In this document: one piece after another, positions 18,604 through 28,432 of the stretch
Layout: the number at the start of each line of letters is the position of its first letter
How positions within the stretch are numbered: the first letter of the stretch is position 1
Assembly (NCBI GenBank): GCA_964521625.1
Contig: CAZFSM010000018.1
Span: 10,479 to 74,478 of the forward strand
Direction: 5' to 3'
Length of the DNA stretch: 64,000 nt
DNA from: an uncultured Veillonellaceae bacterium
Lineage (GTDB): Bacteria > Bacillota > Negativicutes > UBA1444
The notes under the pieces: model-generated
The model's database searches: none
Told to the model about the DNA's origin: nothing
Seen by the model: the letters and a program-made list of their open reading frames with translations, nothing else
Translations under genes and position numbers: made by a program

Positions 18604-19433
18604 TTCAATGGGAAACGATGTTGTTGCTATTCGTATTTGTGGTCTATGCCGTCGCCACGATCAGCTTTTCACTCCGCTACTGGCTGCGCAACAACCGGCT
18701 GGTTGCAGCGGGAATGTTGATGCTTGGCGGGGCCTTTTCCCTGCACAGCGGGCTGCTGTTGGTGCGCGGGATTGCCGCCGGACGGCTGCCATTCAGCAAT
18801 CTGTATGAATTCACCCTGGTTTTTGCCTGGATCACGACGCTATTGTTTCTTTGCTGCGCGGTCCGGTTTCGCCTGTTAGCGGCAGCGCCGCTGGCAATGT
18901 CGCTGACGACCCTGCTGGTTGGCATTGCCGCAATGATGCCGCGGGATATCCGTCCGCTAATGCCGGCTTTGCGCAGTGGCTGGCTGCAGTCGCATGTGGC
19001 TGCGGGAGTTCTGGCATACGGGGCGCTGGCTGTTTCCGCCGTGCTTGCTGTTGTCCTGTTGACCCGGGCGGAGCAGCAGGAAGCAACCGACTCTGCTGAC
19101 TGGCTGGAAAAATATTGGCGGATGCCATCGGTGGCGGAGTTGGAACGCTACGTTCATGGACTGATTCTGTTCGGATTTTTCTTTCTGTCGGTGCTGCTGG
19201 TGACAGGAGCCGTGTGGGCCGAGGAAACATGGGGGCGCTGGTGGGGCTGGGACCCCAAAGAAATCTGGGCGCTGATCACCTGGCTGATTTATCTCGTCTA
19301 TTTGCATGGCCGCAGCCGGTTAGGCTGGACCGGACAGGCAACCGCCTGGTTCTCGGCATTCGGTTTTATTGCGGTGATGTTCACTTTGTTTGGTGTCACC
19401 TATCTGTTACCGGGGTTGCACAGCTATAAATAA
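18600..19433 (+). CDS. ccsA: Cytochrome c biogenesis protein CcsA/ResC
   Basis: PFSNLYE, PALRSGWLQSH, WWD motif GAVWAEETWGRWWGWDPKEIW, YLH, GLHSY. Confidence 0.94.
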   Translation: MIQWETMLLLFVFVVYAVATISFSLRYWLRNNRLVAAGMLMLGGAFSLHSGLLLVRGIAAGRLPFSNLYEFTLVFAWITTLLFLCCAVRFRLLAAAPLAMSLTTLLVGIAAMMPRDIRPLMPALRSGWLQSHVAAGVLAYGALAVSAVLAVVLLTRAEQQEATDSADWLEKYWRMPSVAELERYVHGLILFGFFFLSVLLVTGAVWAEETWGRWWGWDPKEIWALITWLIYLVYLHGRSRLGWTGQATAWFSAFGFIAVMFTLFGVTYLLPGLHSYK

Positions 19434-19440
19434 CAACACG

Positions 19441-19470
19441 AAAAAAGGCCGTCCCGATTGGGGCGGCCTT
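19441..19470. terminator. Intrinsic terminator between convergent genes
   Basis: AAAAAAGGCCGTCCC-gatt-GGGGCGGCCTT. Confidence 0.75.
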
Positions 19471-19531
19471 AACGATACAGCGGATGGACTGACGGAGCCT
19501 GCGTCCGCGACGTGCCTCGCTGGGTTAAGAC

Positions 19532-19837
19532 TTATCGACCGAAGCCGCGAGTCTTTTGGAAGCAGTCCCGGCAATAAACCGGACGGTCGCTACGCGGGGC
19601 AAACGGAACCTGAGTTTCACAGCCGCACTCGGCGCAGACTGCAGGGTGCATTTGACGCTCGCCGCCTTGGCTATTTCCGCCGCCAAAGTTACCGCGTTGT
19701 TTACGAGCGGAGCGGCAGGTGGGGCAACGGCCCGGCTCGTTTTGGAATCCTTTTTCAGCATAGAACTCTTGTTCACGCGCGGTGAATTCGAAGTCGACGC
19801 CGCAATCTCTACATTTCAGAACTTTGTCTTCCATCAT
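19532..19837 (-). CDS. Zinc-ribbon protein with CxxC-x17-CxxC domain
   Basis: MMEDKVLKCRDCG..F.FTAREQEFYAEKGF..P.RCPTCR, then CAECG...VPFAP...VYCRDCF; AGGAGGA SD. Confidence 0.9.
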   Translation of the reverse strand: MMEDKVLKCRDCGVDFEFTAREQEFYAEKGFQNEPGRCPTCRSARKQRGNFGGGNSQGGERQMHPAVCAECGCETQVPFAPRSDRPVYCRDCFQKTRGFGR

Positions 19838-19989
19838 GAATAATCCTCCTCTGTCTCCCTGCACAGCGGACTCGGACGGCGTGGCTTTTCGACCTCTCCG
19901 GCAGGCAAACGAGAAGAGGGGAATGGGCACGGGTCACGGGAACGAATATTGGGCAGGTACGCACGAAAGTATAGTAGTGCGCAATAATA

Positions 19990-20018
19990 ACTATAGCAAA
20001 ATCAAAATGGAACGTCAA
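19990..20018 (-). promoter_or_regulatory. SigmaA-type promoter of the zinc-ribbon gene
   Basis: Minus strand TTGACG-17 nt-TATAGT with extended -10 TG. Confidence 0.7.
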
Positions 20019-20068
20019 TGAATTTTCAATAAATTTGCAGAACCGCTACACTGGCAGAATCGCGCCAT

Positions 20069-20749
20069 TTAATTGCTGTTTTTGCTATAACGGAACACGG
20101 GGCGCCCGACGGCGCCATAGGAGGCCTCTTTGCTGAGATGCCCGATGTCGCAGAAATAATCAAGATATTTGCGGACGCTCACGCGGGAAATGCCGACCTG
20201 TCGTGAAAGCTCGTCGGTTGTAAAAGGGGCGGTCAGCTCCTGGAGACAGGAGTTTATCATCGCCAGAGTATGTCGATCAAGTCCCTTGGGCAACTGTCCT
20301 GCTTCGATTTCAGCAGGCTCTTTGCTCAGGATGCGGTTATCCAGATCCTGTTGAGTGAGTTTTTCATGATTTTTCAGCAGATTGGACCGCTGGCCGTAAC
20401 TTTGCAGTGCATGCCGCAAGCGTTCAAAATCGAAAGGTTTGATCAGGTAGTCAACTGCGCCGTTGCGTAGTGCCAACTGGATGCTATTGCTGTCGCGTGC
20501 GGCGGAAACGACGAGGACATCAACCGGACAGCGAAGCTCGCGCACTTTGGCCAGCATTTCCAGCCCATTCATTCCCGGCATGTAAATATCGAGCAGCATG
20601 AGATCAATATTGCCTTTTTCTAAAAAACCGAGGGCTTCTTTGGCATCGTTGGCAATGCCGGCGACCGTGAAATCGGCCATGCTCTGAATTAGGCGACTGT
20701 TCAAACTGGCTACCATCGGATCGTCTTCGACGATTAAAATGCGGATCAT
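20069..20749 (-). CDS. CitB/DctR/MalR-family response regulator
   Basis: ILIVEDD, LLDIYMP, DYLIKPF; C-terminal HTH ISRVSVRKYL and YGAVGRP. Confidence 0.93.
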   Translation of the reverse strand: MIRILIVEDDPMVASLNSRLIQSMADFTVAGIANDAKEALGFLEKGNIDLMLLDIYMPGMNGLEMLAKVRELRCPVDVLVVSAARDSNSIQLALRNGAVDYLIKPFDFERLRHALQSYGQRSNLLKNHEKLTQQDLDNRILSKEPAEIEAGQLPKGLDRHTLAMINSCLQELTAPFTTDELSRQVGISRVSVRKYLDYFCDIGHLSKEASYGAVGRPVFRYSKNSN

Positions 20750-22440
20750 GGTACTTCATCACCTCGGTATTCGTTCATATGATAAGGGATTGTAACACGG
20801 AAAACGGTGCCATGTACTGGCGATGAGTCCAGCGTGATCAGGCCGTTGCGGCGAGCCAGAACCTTTTTTACGAGAGCCAGGCCAAAACCGCGATTGGCGG
20901 CTTTGGTGGAAAATCCTTTTTCAAAAATGGATGCCTGTATGTCTGGCGGAATGCCAAATCCTTCATCCTGTACCACAATAAAAAGTTGGTTATTGTCAAA
21001 TGTCAGGTTGAGTGTAACCTGTTTTCGGTTTGCGGCTGGCAGGGCCTCCATCGCGTTATCTACCAGGTTGCCGATCAAAGTAACCAGGTCGTTGGTGAAA
21101 TCGATGTTTTCCAGATTGGGGACAAAAGAATCTGCCTGCAGCCGCAGATAGACGCCCAACTCACGGGCGCGGCTGAGTTTGCCAATCCAGAAGCCAGCCA
21201 GAATGGGATCTTTGATGCGCTGGGCGACAAAATCGGTTTCTTCCTCCTGTTCCGAGGAAATCCGGGCAATATATTCCAACAGATCGTCATAGCATTTCAG
21301 GCGCACCATGCCCATGATGACATGGAGTTTATTCATGAAATCGTGAGTTTGTGAACGGAGCGCTTCGACATAGTTTTTGACGCCGGTAAGTTCTTCCGCC
21401 ATCTGTTTGATTTCGGAGCGGTCACGGAAAGCAGCGATGGCAGCAACTGTTTTACTCTCAACGTTGACAGGAACCCGGTTCATCACAACCGCAGTGCCGT
21501 TGAGTATTTCTTCCCTATCGTATTCAGCCGACCGGCTTTTGATTACGTCCAGCAAATGAGTGTTGGGCATAACGGTCTCAACTGCCTGATTCAACAGTTT
21601 TTCGCGTTGCCCATCCATATCGAGGATTCGCAGTGCTTCTTCATTGACCAACGTAATATTGCCGGTGTTGTCGATCGCGACGATACCTTCGCGGACGGAA
21701 TGGAGCATGGCATCTCGTTCCTGCAGCAGTCGCGCAATGGCGAAAGGTTCAAGACCAAACAAGGTGTCCTTAATGTTTTTGGCAAGGAACAGTGCTCCAA
21801 TCATGCCCAAAATCAGTCCGAAACAACTGGCGAAGATGACAGTGAATCGACTTTCGCCGAGGGCTTCGGCCACACTTTCAGCAGCGAGGCCCACGGCGAC
21901 TGTGCCGATGGCAGCGCCGTCCGTTCCGATAATTGGGCTGGTTGATCGCAGAAAATATCCTTTGGATACGTGCTGGATAAAAATATAATCCTTGGTGTTC
22001 AGGGGAAGACCGGCATCGTCCCAGATTGCCTGTTCAAGCAAAGTTTGCGGTGAAGAACGGTAACGGATCCTGCCCTGAATATCATAGACGATAAAATCGG
22101 CTTTGGCCACGTTGCCCAGCAATACTGTCCAATTGGCTATTTCCGGTAAGTGGTCCTGTGTCGACAAAGCCCCAACGATTGACGGAGAGTGGGCGACAAT
22201 CTGGGCAATCCGTGCGGCATTTTCTCCCATAACTTCTTCGACGATTTCGTAGACTTTGTCGGAAATCAAAACATAAGTCGCGAATAAAGATGACGCTACA
22301 ACGACCCAAACCAACAAGATGATTTTGGACTCCAGTGTCAACAGCTTTCGCCCTGGCGTAGCGATCCGACTGCCAGGCATTGATAAAGCCGAATTGGTCA
22401 GTTTGGCAGAATTCGGTTTGCGGCCAAATAAAAAATTCAT
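20746..22440 (-). CDS. CitA/DcuS/MalK-family sensor histidine kinase (start uncertain)
   Basis: Two TMs, GLEP, PAS region, ALRSQTHDFMNKLH, GNLVDNA, DEGFGI, FEKGFSTK, GFGL. Confidence 0.93.
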   Translation of the reverse strand: MNFLFGRKPNSAKLTNSALSMPGSRIATPGRKLLTLESKIILLVWVVVASSLFATYVLISDKVYEIVEEVMGENAARIAQIVAHSPSIVGALSTQDHLPEIANWTVLLGNVAKADFIVYDIQGRIRYRSSPQTLLEQAIWDDAGLPLNTKDYIFIQHVSKGYFLRSTSPIIGTDGAAIGTVAVGLAAESVAEALGESRFTVIFASCFGLILGMIGALFLAKNIKDTLFGLEPFAIARLLQERDAMLHSVREGIVAIDNTGNITLVNEEALRILDMDGQREKLLNQAVETVMPNTHLLDVIKSRSAEYDREEILNGTAVVMNRVPVNVESKTVAAIAAFRDRSEIKQMAEELTGVKNYVEALRSQTHDFMNKLHVIMGMVRLKCYDDLLEYIARISSEQEEETDFVAQRIKDPILAGFWIGKLSRARELGVYLRLQADSFVPNLENIDFTNDLVTLIGNLVDNAMEALPAANRKQVTLNLTFDNNQLFIVVQDEGFGIPPDIQASIFEKGFSTKAANRGFGLALVKKVLARRNGLITLDSSPVHGTVFRVTIPYHMNEYRGDEVP

Positions 22441-22452
22441 AATATCAGCAGA

Positions 22453-22479
22453 ATTCGCTACGCATCAAGGGAATCCTGC
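22453..22479 (-). promoter_or_regulatory. SigmaH-like promoter (one of several copies)
   Basis: Minus strand GCAGGA-17 nt-GAAT. Confidence 0.5.
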
Positions 22480-22649
22480 AAAGCGGTCGAACGGCTGGCG
22501 GTAAAAGACGTTGTAAAATGCAAATGAACAGAAGGATTCTAAGAAGATTTTTCGAACCTTTATATTATTGAAAGCAATGACGGAATATTGCTACATTGCT
22601 GAAAAGCGGAATGCTGCGACCGAAACGAACGATGCGAGGGGGATCTTTC

Positions 22650-23735
22650 ATGAAACTGCTGACTCGTTGCGGGCTTGTCCTTATAATTTTAGTATTGCTA
22701 GGGCTGTCAGGATTCGGCTGCGGCAAAAAACTGCCGACCGATGAATCGCCATTGGTGGTGCAAGCGGAGACAATCCAGGCGGGGCTGCAGACAGCTTCGT
22801 TTACTTATGCCGGCGATGTACGGGGCCGCTACGAAAGCCAGTTCGCGTTTCAGGCCGGCGGCCGGATCAATGAACGTCTGGTCAACAATGGAGATAAGGT
22901 GGCCGCCGGTCAGGCGCTGATGAGGATTGACCTGGCCGATCTGAAGACGCAGCTTGATCGGAGCAAGGCAGATCTAGTGGCTGCCCAGGCAGATTATCAT
23001 TTGAGCGAACTTAACTATAATCGCTATAAGGAACTATCCAAAAGGGATGTCATCAGTAAAGGGGAATTTGACAGCTATACGGCGCAATTCCAGGTAGCCA
23101 CGGCCAAGTTGCGGGCGGCGGAAGCTGCCTATCGACAAACCGGGCAGCTCTATGGTTATGGTACGCTGGTTGCGGATGCCGATGGTGTGATTGCCGATAT
23201 CAAAGTTGAAGCCGGGCAGGTTGTTTCGGCCGGACAGGCGGCGCTGACCCTGGTGCGCGCCGGTGAAATGGAAGTGCAGATTAATGTGCCGGAACAGCGG
23301 GTCGACGAAATCCGCAAGGCGCACAAGATTCGGGTCGGTTTTTGGGCGATGCCGACGCTCGAAGTAGACGGGGTGATTCGTGAAGTGGCCGCCCTAGCCG
23401 ACTCATCAACTCGCACGTATATGGTCAGGGTAGGCATTCCGCAAATGGATATCGTGAAGTTTGGCATGTCGGCAACAGTCAAGGTCTGGGCGGGAGATAC
23501 TGCAACCAAGATGATCCTGCCGATGGCAGCGGTTTATCAGACCGGCAACAAACCCAATCTCTGGCTGGTTGAAAATGGGGTATTACGGTTGCAGCCGGTA
23601 GAACTGGGCGATTTTCTGTCAGATGGCATTGTAATCCGCTCGGGGCTAAAACCGGGTGACATGGTAGTGACCGCTGGGGTGCAGAAGTTGCGGGAAGGAC
23701 AGAAAGTAAAGGTCTGGGATGGTGCCAAGCTATGA
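22650..23735 (+). CDS. RND efflux periplasmic adaptor (MFP) lipoprotein
   Basis: Signal peptide with Cys, FQAGGRI, coiled coil, LVADADGVI, GMSATV, SGLKPGDMVV. Confidence 0.92.
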   Translation: MKLLTRCGLVLIILVLLGLSGFGCGKKLPTDESPLVVQAETIQAGLQTASFTYAGDVRGRYESQFAFQAGGRINERLVNNGDKVAAGQALMRIDLADLKTQLDRSKADLVAAQADYHLSELNYNRYKELSKRDVISKGEFDSYTAQFQVATAKLRAAEAAYRQTGQLYGYGTLVADADGVIADIKVEAGQVVSAGQAALTLVRAGEMEVQINVPEQRVDEIRKAHKIRVGFWAMPTLEVDGVIREVAALADSSTRTYMVRVGIPQMDIVKFGMSATVKVWAGDTATKMILPMAAVYQTGNKPNLWLVENGVLRLQPVELGDFLSDGIVIRSGLKPGDMVVTAGVQKLREGQKVKVWDGAKL

Positions 23736-26700
23736 AGGAACAGGGTTTCAACCTTAGTGCATGGGCCCTGAATCACCGGTCCCTGATGCTTTTTGTGATG
23801 GTACTGGTCTTTGTTACCGGTGTGATGTCCTATTTCCGGTTGGGGCGCGAAGAAGACCCTGGTTTTGTAATTCGCACGATGGTGGTGCAGGCTCAGTGGC
23901 CAGGGGCCTCGGCCAAAGAAGTCGAAGAGCAGGTTACTGACAAAATCGAGAAGAAAATTCAGGAACTGTCCGGCCTGGATAACGTCACGAGTTATTCCCA
24001 ACCGGGCAGGGCAACCATCTTTGTTAATTTGCGCGACCAGGTGACGGCAAAAGAAGTCTGGCCGTCCTGGGTCAAAGTGAGGAATCTGATCAAGGATATT
24101 ACCCCCTCTTTACCGGAAGGGGTCGTGGGGCCTTTTTTTAATGATACGTTCGGTGACGTGTACGGATCGATCTATGCCCTGACTGGAGACGGGTTTTCCC
24201 TAGCCCAACTGGAACGGCAGGCCGACTCGATCCGGCTGTTACTGCTCAATGTGCCGCAAGTCAGCAAGGTCGATCTGATCGGAGTTCAGCCCCAACGAAT
24301 TTATGTTGAAGTCGAGAACAGTAAACTGGCCACGCTTGGGCTTGATCCCGATACAGTCATCGCGGCTCTGCAACGACAAAATGCGATGAAAGCATCAGGC
24401 CGCATCGAAACGACCAGTGATAACATTTACCTGCGAGTGACCGGCATTTTTTCCACCGTAGATAATATCCGCAATATTGCCATCCAGAAAAATGGCCGGT
24501 TGTTCCGGCTCGGCGACATTGCCAGCGTGACCCGGGGCTATCCGGATCCACCGCAGCCGATGTTCTATTTTAACGGCAAACCAGCGATTGCGGTCACGGT
24601 GGCGATGGAAACCGGCGGCAACGTGCTGGAGTTGGGCGAAGGACTCAAAAAGGCTATTGGTCGAATAAACCGGGAAATTCCGGCGGGGATGCAAATCAGC
24701 CAGGTATCAGACCAACCCAAAGTGGTCGAAGAATCGATCGGTGAGTTTACCCAGTCTTTAGGTGAGGCGGTAATCATCGTGTTGGCGGTTTGCTTCCTGA
24801 GCCTGGGTGTGCGAGCGGGACTGGTCGTACTGGTCAGCATGCCGCTCGTGCTGTGCGCCGTTTTTTTAGCCATGGAAGCAATGGGCATCACCTTGCAGAA
24901 GATATCACTGGGAGCGCTGATTATAGCACTCGGCTTGCTTGTTGACGATGCGATGATCGCCGTGGAAATGATGGAATGCAAACTGGAAGAAGGCTGGGCC
25001 AAAGATAAGGCCGCCGAGTTTGCCTATACCGCTACTGCGTTTCCGATGCTGACCGGCACATTGGTTACGGCGGCAGGTTTTATGCCGGTGGCATTTTCGG
25101 CTGGCGGCGCCTCTGAATACTGCGGTTCGATGTTCTGGGTCATCACTATTGCCTTGGTGTCTTCCTGGTTGGTGGCGGTAACCGTGATTCCGTTGGTGGG
25201 ACAGTGGCTGTTGAAAGCTCGTCAGCATCTGGCGGTACAAGAAGGAGCGGAAAAACCGCCAGATTCCAAATTCGTGAAACGTTTTCGGCTTTTATTGGAT
25301 AAATCATTGCATCATCGCTGGTTGGTCATTGGGACAACCATCGGCGTTTTTGTCATCGCGTTGTTAGGCATGGTGCTGGTGCGCAAGGAATTTTTTCCGC
25401 CATCGACCCGACCAGAGCTGATTGTTGAACTGACATTGCCGACCGGCGCTTCGATCCACGCAACCGATAAGGAAATGAAGCGGATTACGGATTTGCTGAA
25501 ACAGGAGCCGGATGTTCTGAATGTCTCCGGTTATGTGGCCCAGTCGGCGCCCCGGTTTGTATTGGTGCAGGATAGTTCGATGGCAGCCGACAATTATGGC
25601 CAGTTGATCGTTTTGACGGATGGAGCGGCAGGACGGGATCGCCTGCGAAAAAAAGTCGAGACGGATTGGTCTGCTCAGTTTCCCAATGTGCGGCTAAATA
25701 CCAAAGTCTTATCAAACGGACCGCCGTCACCATTTCCGGTGATGCTGAGGGTGGTCGGCGAAAAACACGAGCTGGTGCAAAATCTGGCTGATCAAGTCAG
25801 GCAGACACTGACCAGGAATCCGGCGGTTACCGGAGTGGTATTCGACTGGTTTGAAAAAAGTCCGGTAGCCGTGCTGGAAGTCGACCAGGATAAAGCCCGG
25901 GCGTTGGGCATGGACAATGCTACATTGGCGACCAGCCTGCAGGCCAGTTTGTCCGGAATCACCGTGTCTGAATTCCGCGAACGCGACAAAACCATCCCAA
26001 TCATCGTCCGCAACGACACCAGCCGCTGGAAGCAGGTCGACAATTTGCGCAACTTGTATGTCAATGTCGATGCGGCTGCCGGTAAATATGTTCCGTTGGA
26101 GCAAGTTGCTCATGTTCGCTATGCGCAGGAACACGAACTGATCTGGCGGCGCAATGTACTGCCGACGATCACTGTCCAGGCTTCAATCCGGCCGGGGTTG
26201 CTCGGGAATGACGTCGCGATGGCCGTGCTAAAAGAGCTGGAACCGCTGAACGAATCTCTGCCGCCCGGCTATCGAATTGAAGCAGCTGGCGACTTGGAGG
26301 CCAGTGAAAAATCCGGCAAGGAACTGGCGGGAGTTTACCCGATGTTGCTCGGTGTAGTCATGTTGTTGCTGATGTTCCAACTGCAGAGCATATCCCGGAT
26401 GGTGCTGGTTCTCTTGACGGCGCCGCTTGGCATGATCGGAGTCAGCATTTTCCTGCTGCTGTTACAGCGCCCGCTGGGGTTTGTCACGCAACTGGGGATC
26501 ATCGCCCTGTCCGGTATGATCATTCGTAATTCGGTTATCTTGATCGACCAGATCGAGAAGCATATTGCCGAAGGTGAAAAACCATGGGATGCGATTGTCG
26601 ATTCGGCGATCATCCGGTTCCGGCCGATCATGTTGACGGCGGCAGCGGCGATTTTGGCAATGATCCCGCTGATTGGCAGCACGTTCTGGGGGCCCATGGC

Positions 26701-26800
26701 AGTGGCAATCATGGGAGGCCTTCTTGTCGCCACTGTTCTTACCCTGATCTACCTGCCAGCGGCTTATGCTGCCTGGTTCAAGGTGCAGCGGTTAGATTAA
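23732..26800 (+). CDS. RND efflux permease (AcrB family)
   Basis: 1022 aa; REEDP, WPGAS, GLLVDDAMI, GMIIRNSVIL, RFRPIMLT. Confidence 0.95.
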   Translation: MKEQGFNLSAWALNHRSLMLFVMVLVFVTGVMSYFRLGREEDPGFVIRTMVVQAQWPGASAKEVEEQVTDKIEKKIQELSGLDNVTSYSQPGRATIFVNLRDQVTAKEVWPSWVKVRNLIKDITPSLPEGVVGPFFNDTFGDVYGSIYALTGDGFSLAQLERQADSIRLLLLNVPQVSKVDLIGVQPQRIYVEVENSKLATLGLDPDTVIAALQRQNAMKASGRIETTSDNIYLRVTGIFSTVDNIRNIAIQKNGRLFRLGDIASVTRGYPDPPQPMFYFNGKPAIAVTVAMETGGNVLELGEGLKKAIGRINREIPAGMQISQVSDQPKVVEESIGEFTQSLGEAVIIVLAVCFLSLGVRAGLVVLVSMPLVLCAVFLAMEAMGITLQKISLGALIIALGLLVDDAMIAVEMMECKLEEGWAKDKAAEFAYTATAFPMLTGTLVTAAGFMPVAFSAGGASEYCGSMFWVITIALVSSWLVAVTVIPLVGQWLLKARQHLAVQEGAEKPPDSKFVKRFRLLLDKSLHHRWLVIGTTIGVFVIALLGMVLVRKEFFPPSTRPELIVELTLPTGASIHATDKEMKRITDLLKQEPDVLNVSGYVAQSAPRFVLVQDSSMAADNYGQLIVLTDGAAGRDRLRKKVETDWSAQFPNVRLNTKVLSNGPPSPFPVMLRVVGEKHELVQNLADQVRQTLTRNPAVTGVVFDWFEKSPVAVLEVDQDKARALGMDNATLATSLQASLSGITVSEFRERDKTIPIIVRNDTSRWKQVDNLRNLYVNVDAAAGKYVPLEQVAHVRYAQEHELIWRRNVLPTITVQASIRPGLLGNDVAMAVLKELEPLNESLPPGYRIEAAGDLEASEKSGKELAGVYPMLLGVVMLLLMFQLQSISRMVLVLLTAPLGMIGVSIFLLLLQRPLGFVTQLGIIALSGMIIRNSVILIDQIEKHIAEGEKPWDAIVDSAIIRFRPIMLTAAAAILAMIPLIGSTFWGPMAVAIMGGLLVATVLTLIYLPAAYAAWFKVQRLD

Positions 26801-27276
26801 GGGATGAAAGTTAATTCGCGAAACAAATTAATCACGAATGATGGATAAAGGCTAATTTTTCGCTACAAAGTTGCTTTTTGCATGAAAGCAGTGTCGGTTT
26901 TTCTTTCGTGACTATAAAATGCAAAAAACGTTGGACTCTTTGAGTAGGGGTGTGCGCGGAAAACCAATAACAAGAATAATGAGGGATTTTCATGCAAGTG
27001 TTTTTGAGAAATACAATAACTGTTCATTCCGTCCTGCAGGGATTTTGTCACAACAGAGCGAAAATAAGAAAAATTAGTCGTCACACCCGGATCAGGCGGT
27101 TTTCCGTTTTCCCCATTGTTTTTTGCTGAAACTCGTTATATTATGACAGTTTTTGTGCGCAGAACTTTGGCAGGGTGAGTCAAGATGCAGGAGGGGTGCT
27201 TGCAAACAAAGTTAAATCACATGCATTCATGCAACCATTGGAACAAAATTAGAAATGAAGAAGGAGGATTTTGCAT

Positions 27277-27933
27277 ATGTCGGAAGAAAAAAAAGAATCC
27301 TGTGACACTCCGTCTGTAAAAGTTCCCTGGACAGGCTACATCGCATTGGTTTTTGCGGTAGTGTTTTTTTCGGGATTGCTGGCCAGTCAGAAAGGCTGGA
27401 TTACGGCGTTTGACTTTAACGCACTAGCTGGGAAATTCGGTGTTATGAAAGATGCTGCCAAAGCCACGTTCCAAGGGCAAGAAGGCTTTGGCGCCCGTGA
27501 CGGGTTCATGTTCGGTTTCGGTTTATTGCCGTCGGTCATGCTGGCGCTGGGCATGGTGGAAATCATTGACCATCTTGGCGGGCTCAAAGCAGCAGAAAAG
27601 CTGCTGACGCCAATTTTACGCCCGTTGCTAGGAATTCCGGGAATAGCCGGTTTGGCGATGGTCACCAGTTTTCAGAGTACTGATGCTGGAGCAGGTATGA
27701 CTCGGATGCTCAGGGAAACTGGTTGTATTACCGAAAATGAAAAAACCGTATTTTGCGCCTTTCAATTTTCCGCCGGCGGAACCGTGACCAACTATTTGGC
27801 GTCCGGCGCTGCGTTGTTTGGGTTTGTAACCGTGCCGATCGTACTGCCGCTGGTCCTTATTTTTGTTTTGAAGATTTTTGGCGCCAATTTGGTAAGAATC
27901 TATCTGAACCGGTTTGAGAAGGAGAGTGTCTAA
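27277..27933 (+). CDS. YjiH-like nucleoside-recognition (Gate) membrane protein
   Basis: Hydrophobic; LLTPILRPLLGIPG, SFQSTDAGA, KIFGANLVR; AGGAGG SD. Confidence 0.8.
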   Translation: MSEEKKESCDTPSVKVPWTGYIALVFAVVFFSGLLASQKGWITAFDFNALAGKFGVMKDAAKATFQGQEGFGARDGFMFGFGLLPSVMLALGMVEIIDHLGGLKAAEKLLTPILRPLLGIPGIAGLAMVTSFQSTDAGAGMTRMLRETGCITENEKTVFCAFQFSAGGTVTNYLASGAALFGFVTVPIVLPLVLIFVLKIFGANLVRIYLNRFEKESV

Positions 27934-27935
27934 CG

Positions 27936-28397
27936 ATGGCCGCTGAACAGAAAAAGACTTTGCCTGATATTTTTGTCGAAGGGGCCAAAAAGGGCTGGAA
28001 TGTTGGGATTGGCAGCATAATTCCCAACGTGTTGATGGCTTTTGTTTTGATTCATGCCCTGCGTTTAAGCGGACTGCTGGACATGCTGGGGACGCTTTTC
28101 AATCCAGTAATGGGCTTGTTTGGTTTGCCAGGACAGGCTGTTATGGTGCTTGTCGGCGCCTGGATGTCGATGGGTGGCGGCGTTGGAGTTGCAGCTAGCC
28201 TGTATGCGGCCAAAATTCTTAACCCGACCCACGTCACGATTTTATTACCGGCCATTTTTCTGATGGGAGCGCAGATCCAATATATGGGTCGCCTGTTGGG
28301 AACGGCCGGGATTCAGGGGCGGTACTATCCGATGATGTTTGGTATAAGCATTTTGAATGCCGTAATTTCGATGCTTATCATGCGGTTCTTTGCGTAA
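27936..28397 (+). CDS. YjiG-family membrane protein
   Basis: DIFVEGAKKGW, PNVLMAF, GLPGQA, SMGGGVG, MGAQIQYMGR. Confidence 0.85.
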   Translation: MAAEQKKTLPDIFVEGAKKGWNVGIGSIIPNVLMAFVLIHALRLSGLLDMLGTLFNPVMGLFGLPGQAVMVLVGAWMSMGGGVGVAASLYAAKILNPTHVTILLPAIFLMGAQIQYMGRLLGTAGIQGRYYPMMFGISILNAVISMLIMRFFA

Positions 28398-28432
28398 GCG
28401 GCGTGGTGAAAGCGATAGGAGGCTTAAACAGA

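Noticed and set aside
1275-19433. Selenocysteine read-through in the sulfur cluster
   Set aside because: TGA codons seen are ordinary stops, several overlapping the next start; no catalytic Cys position is replaced by TGA
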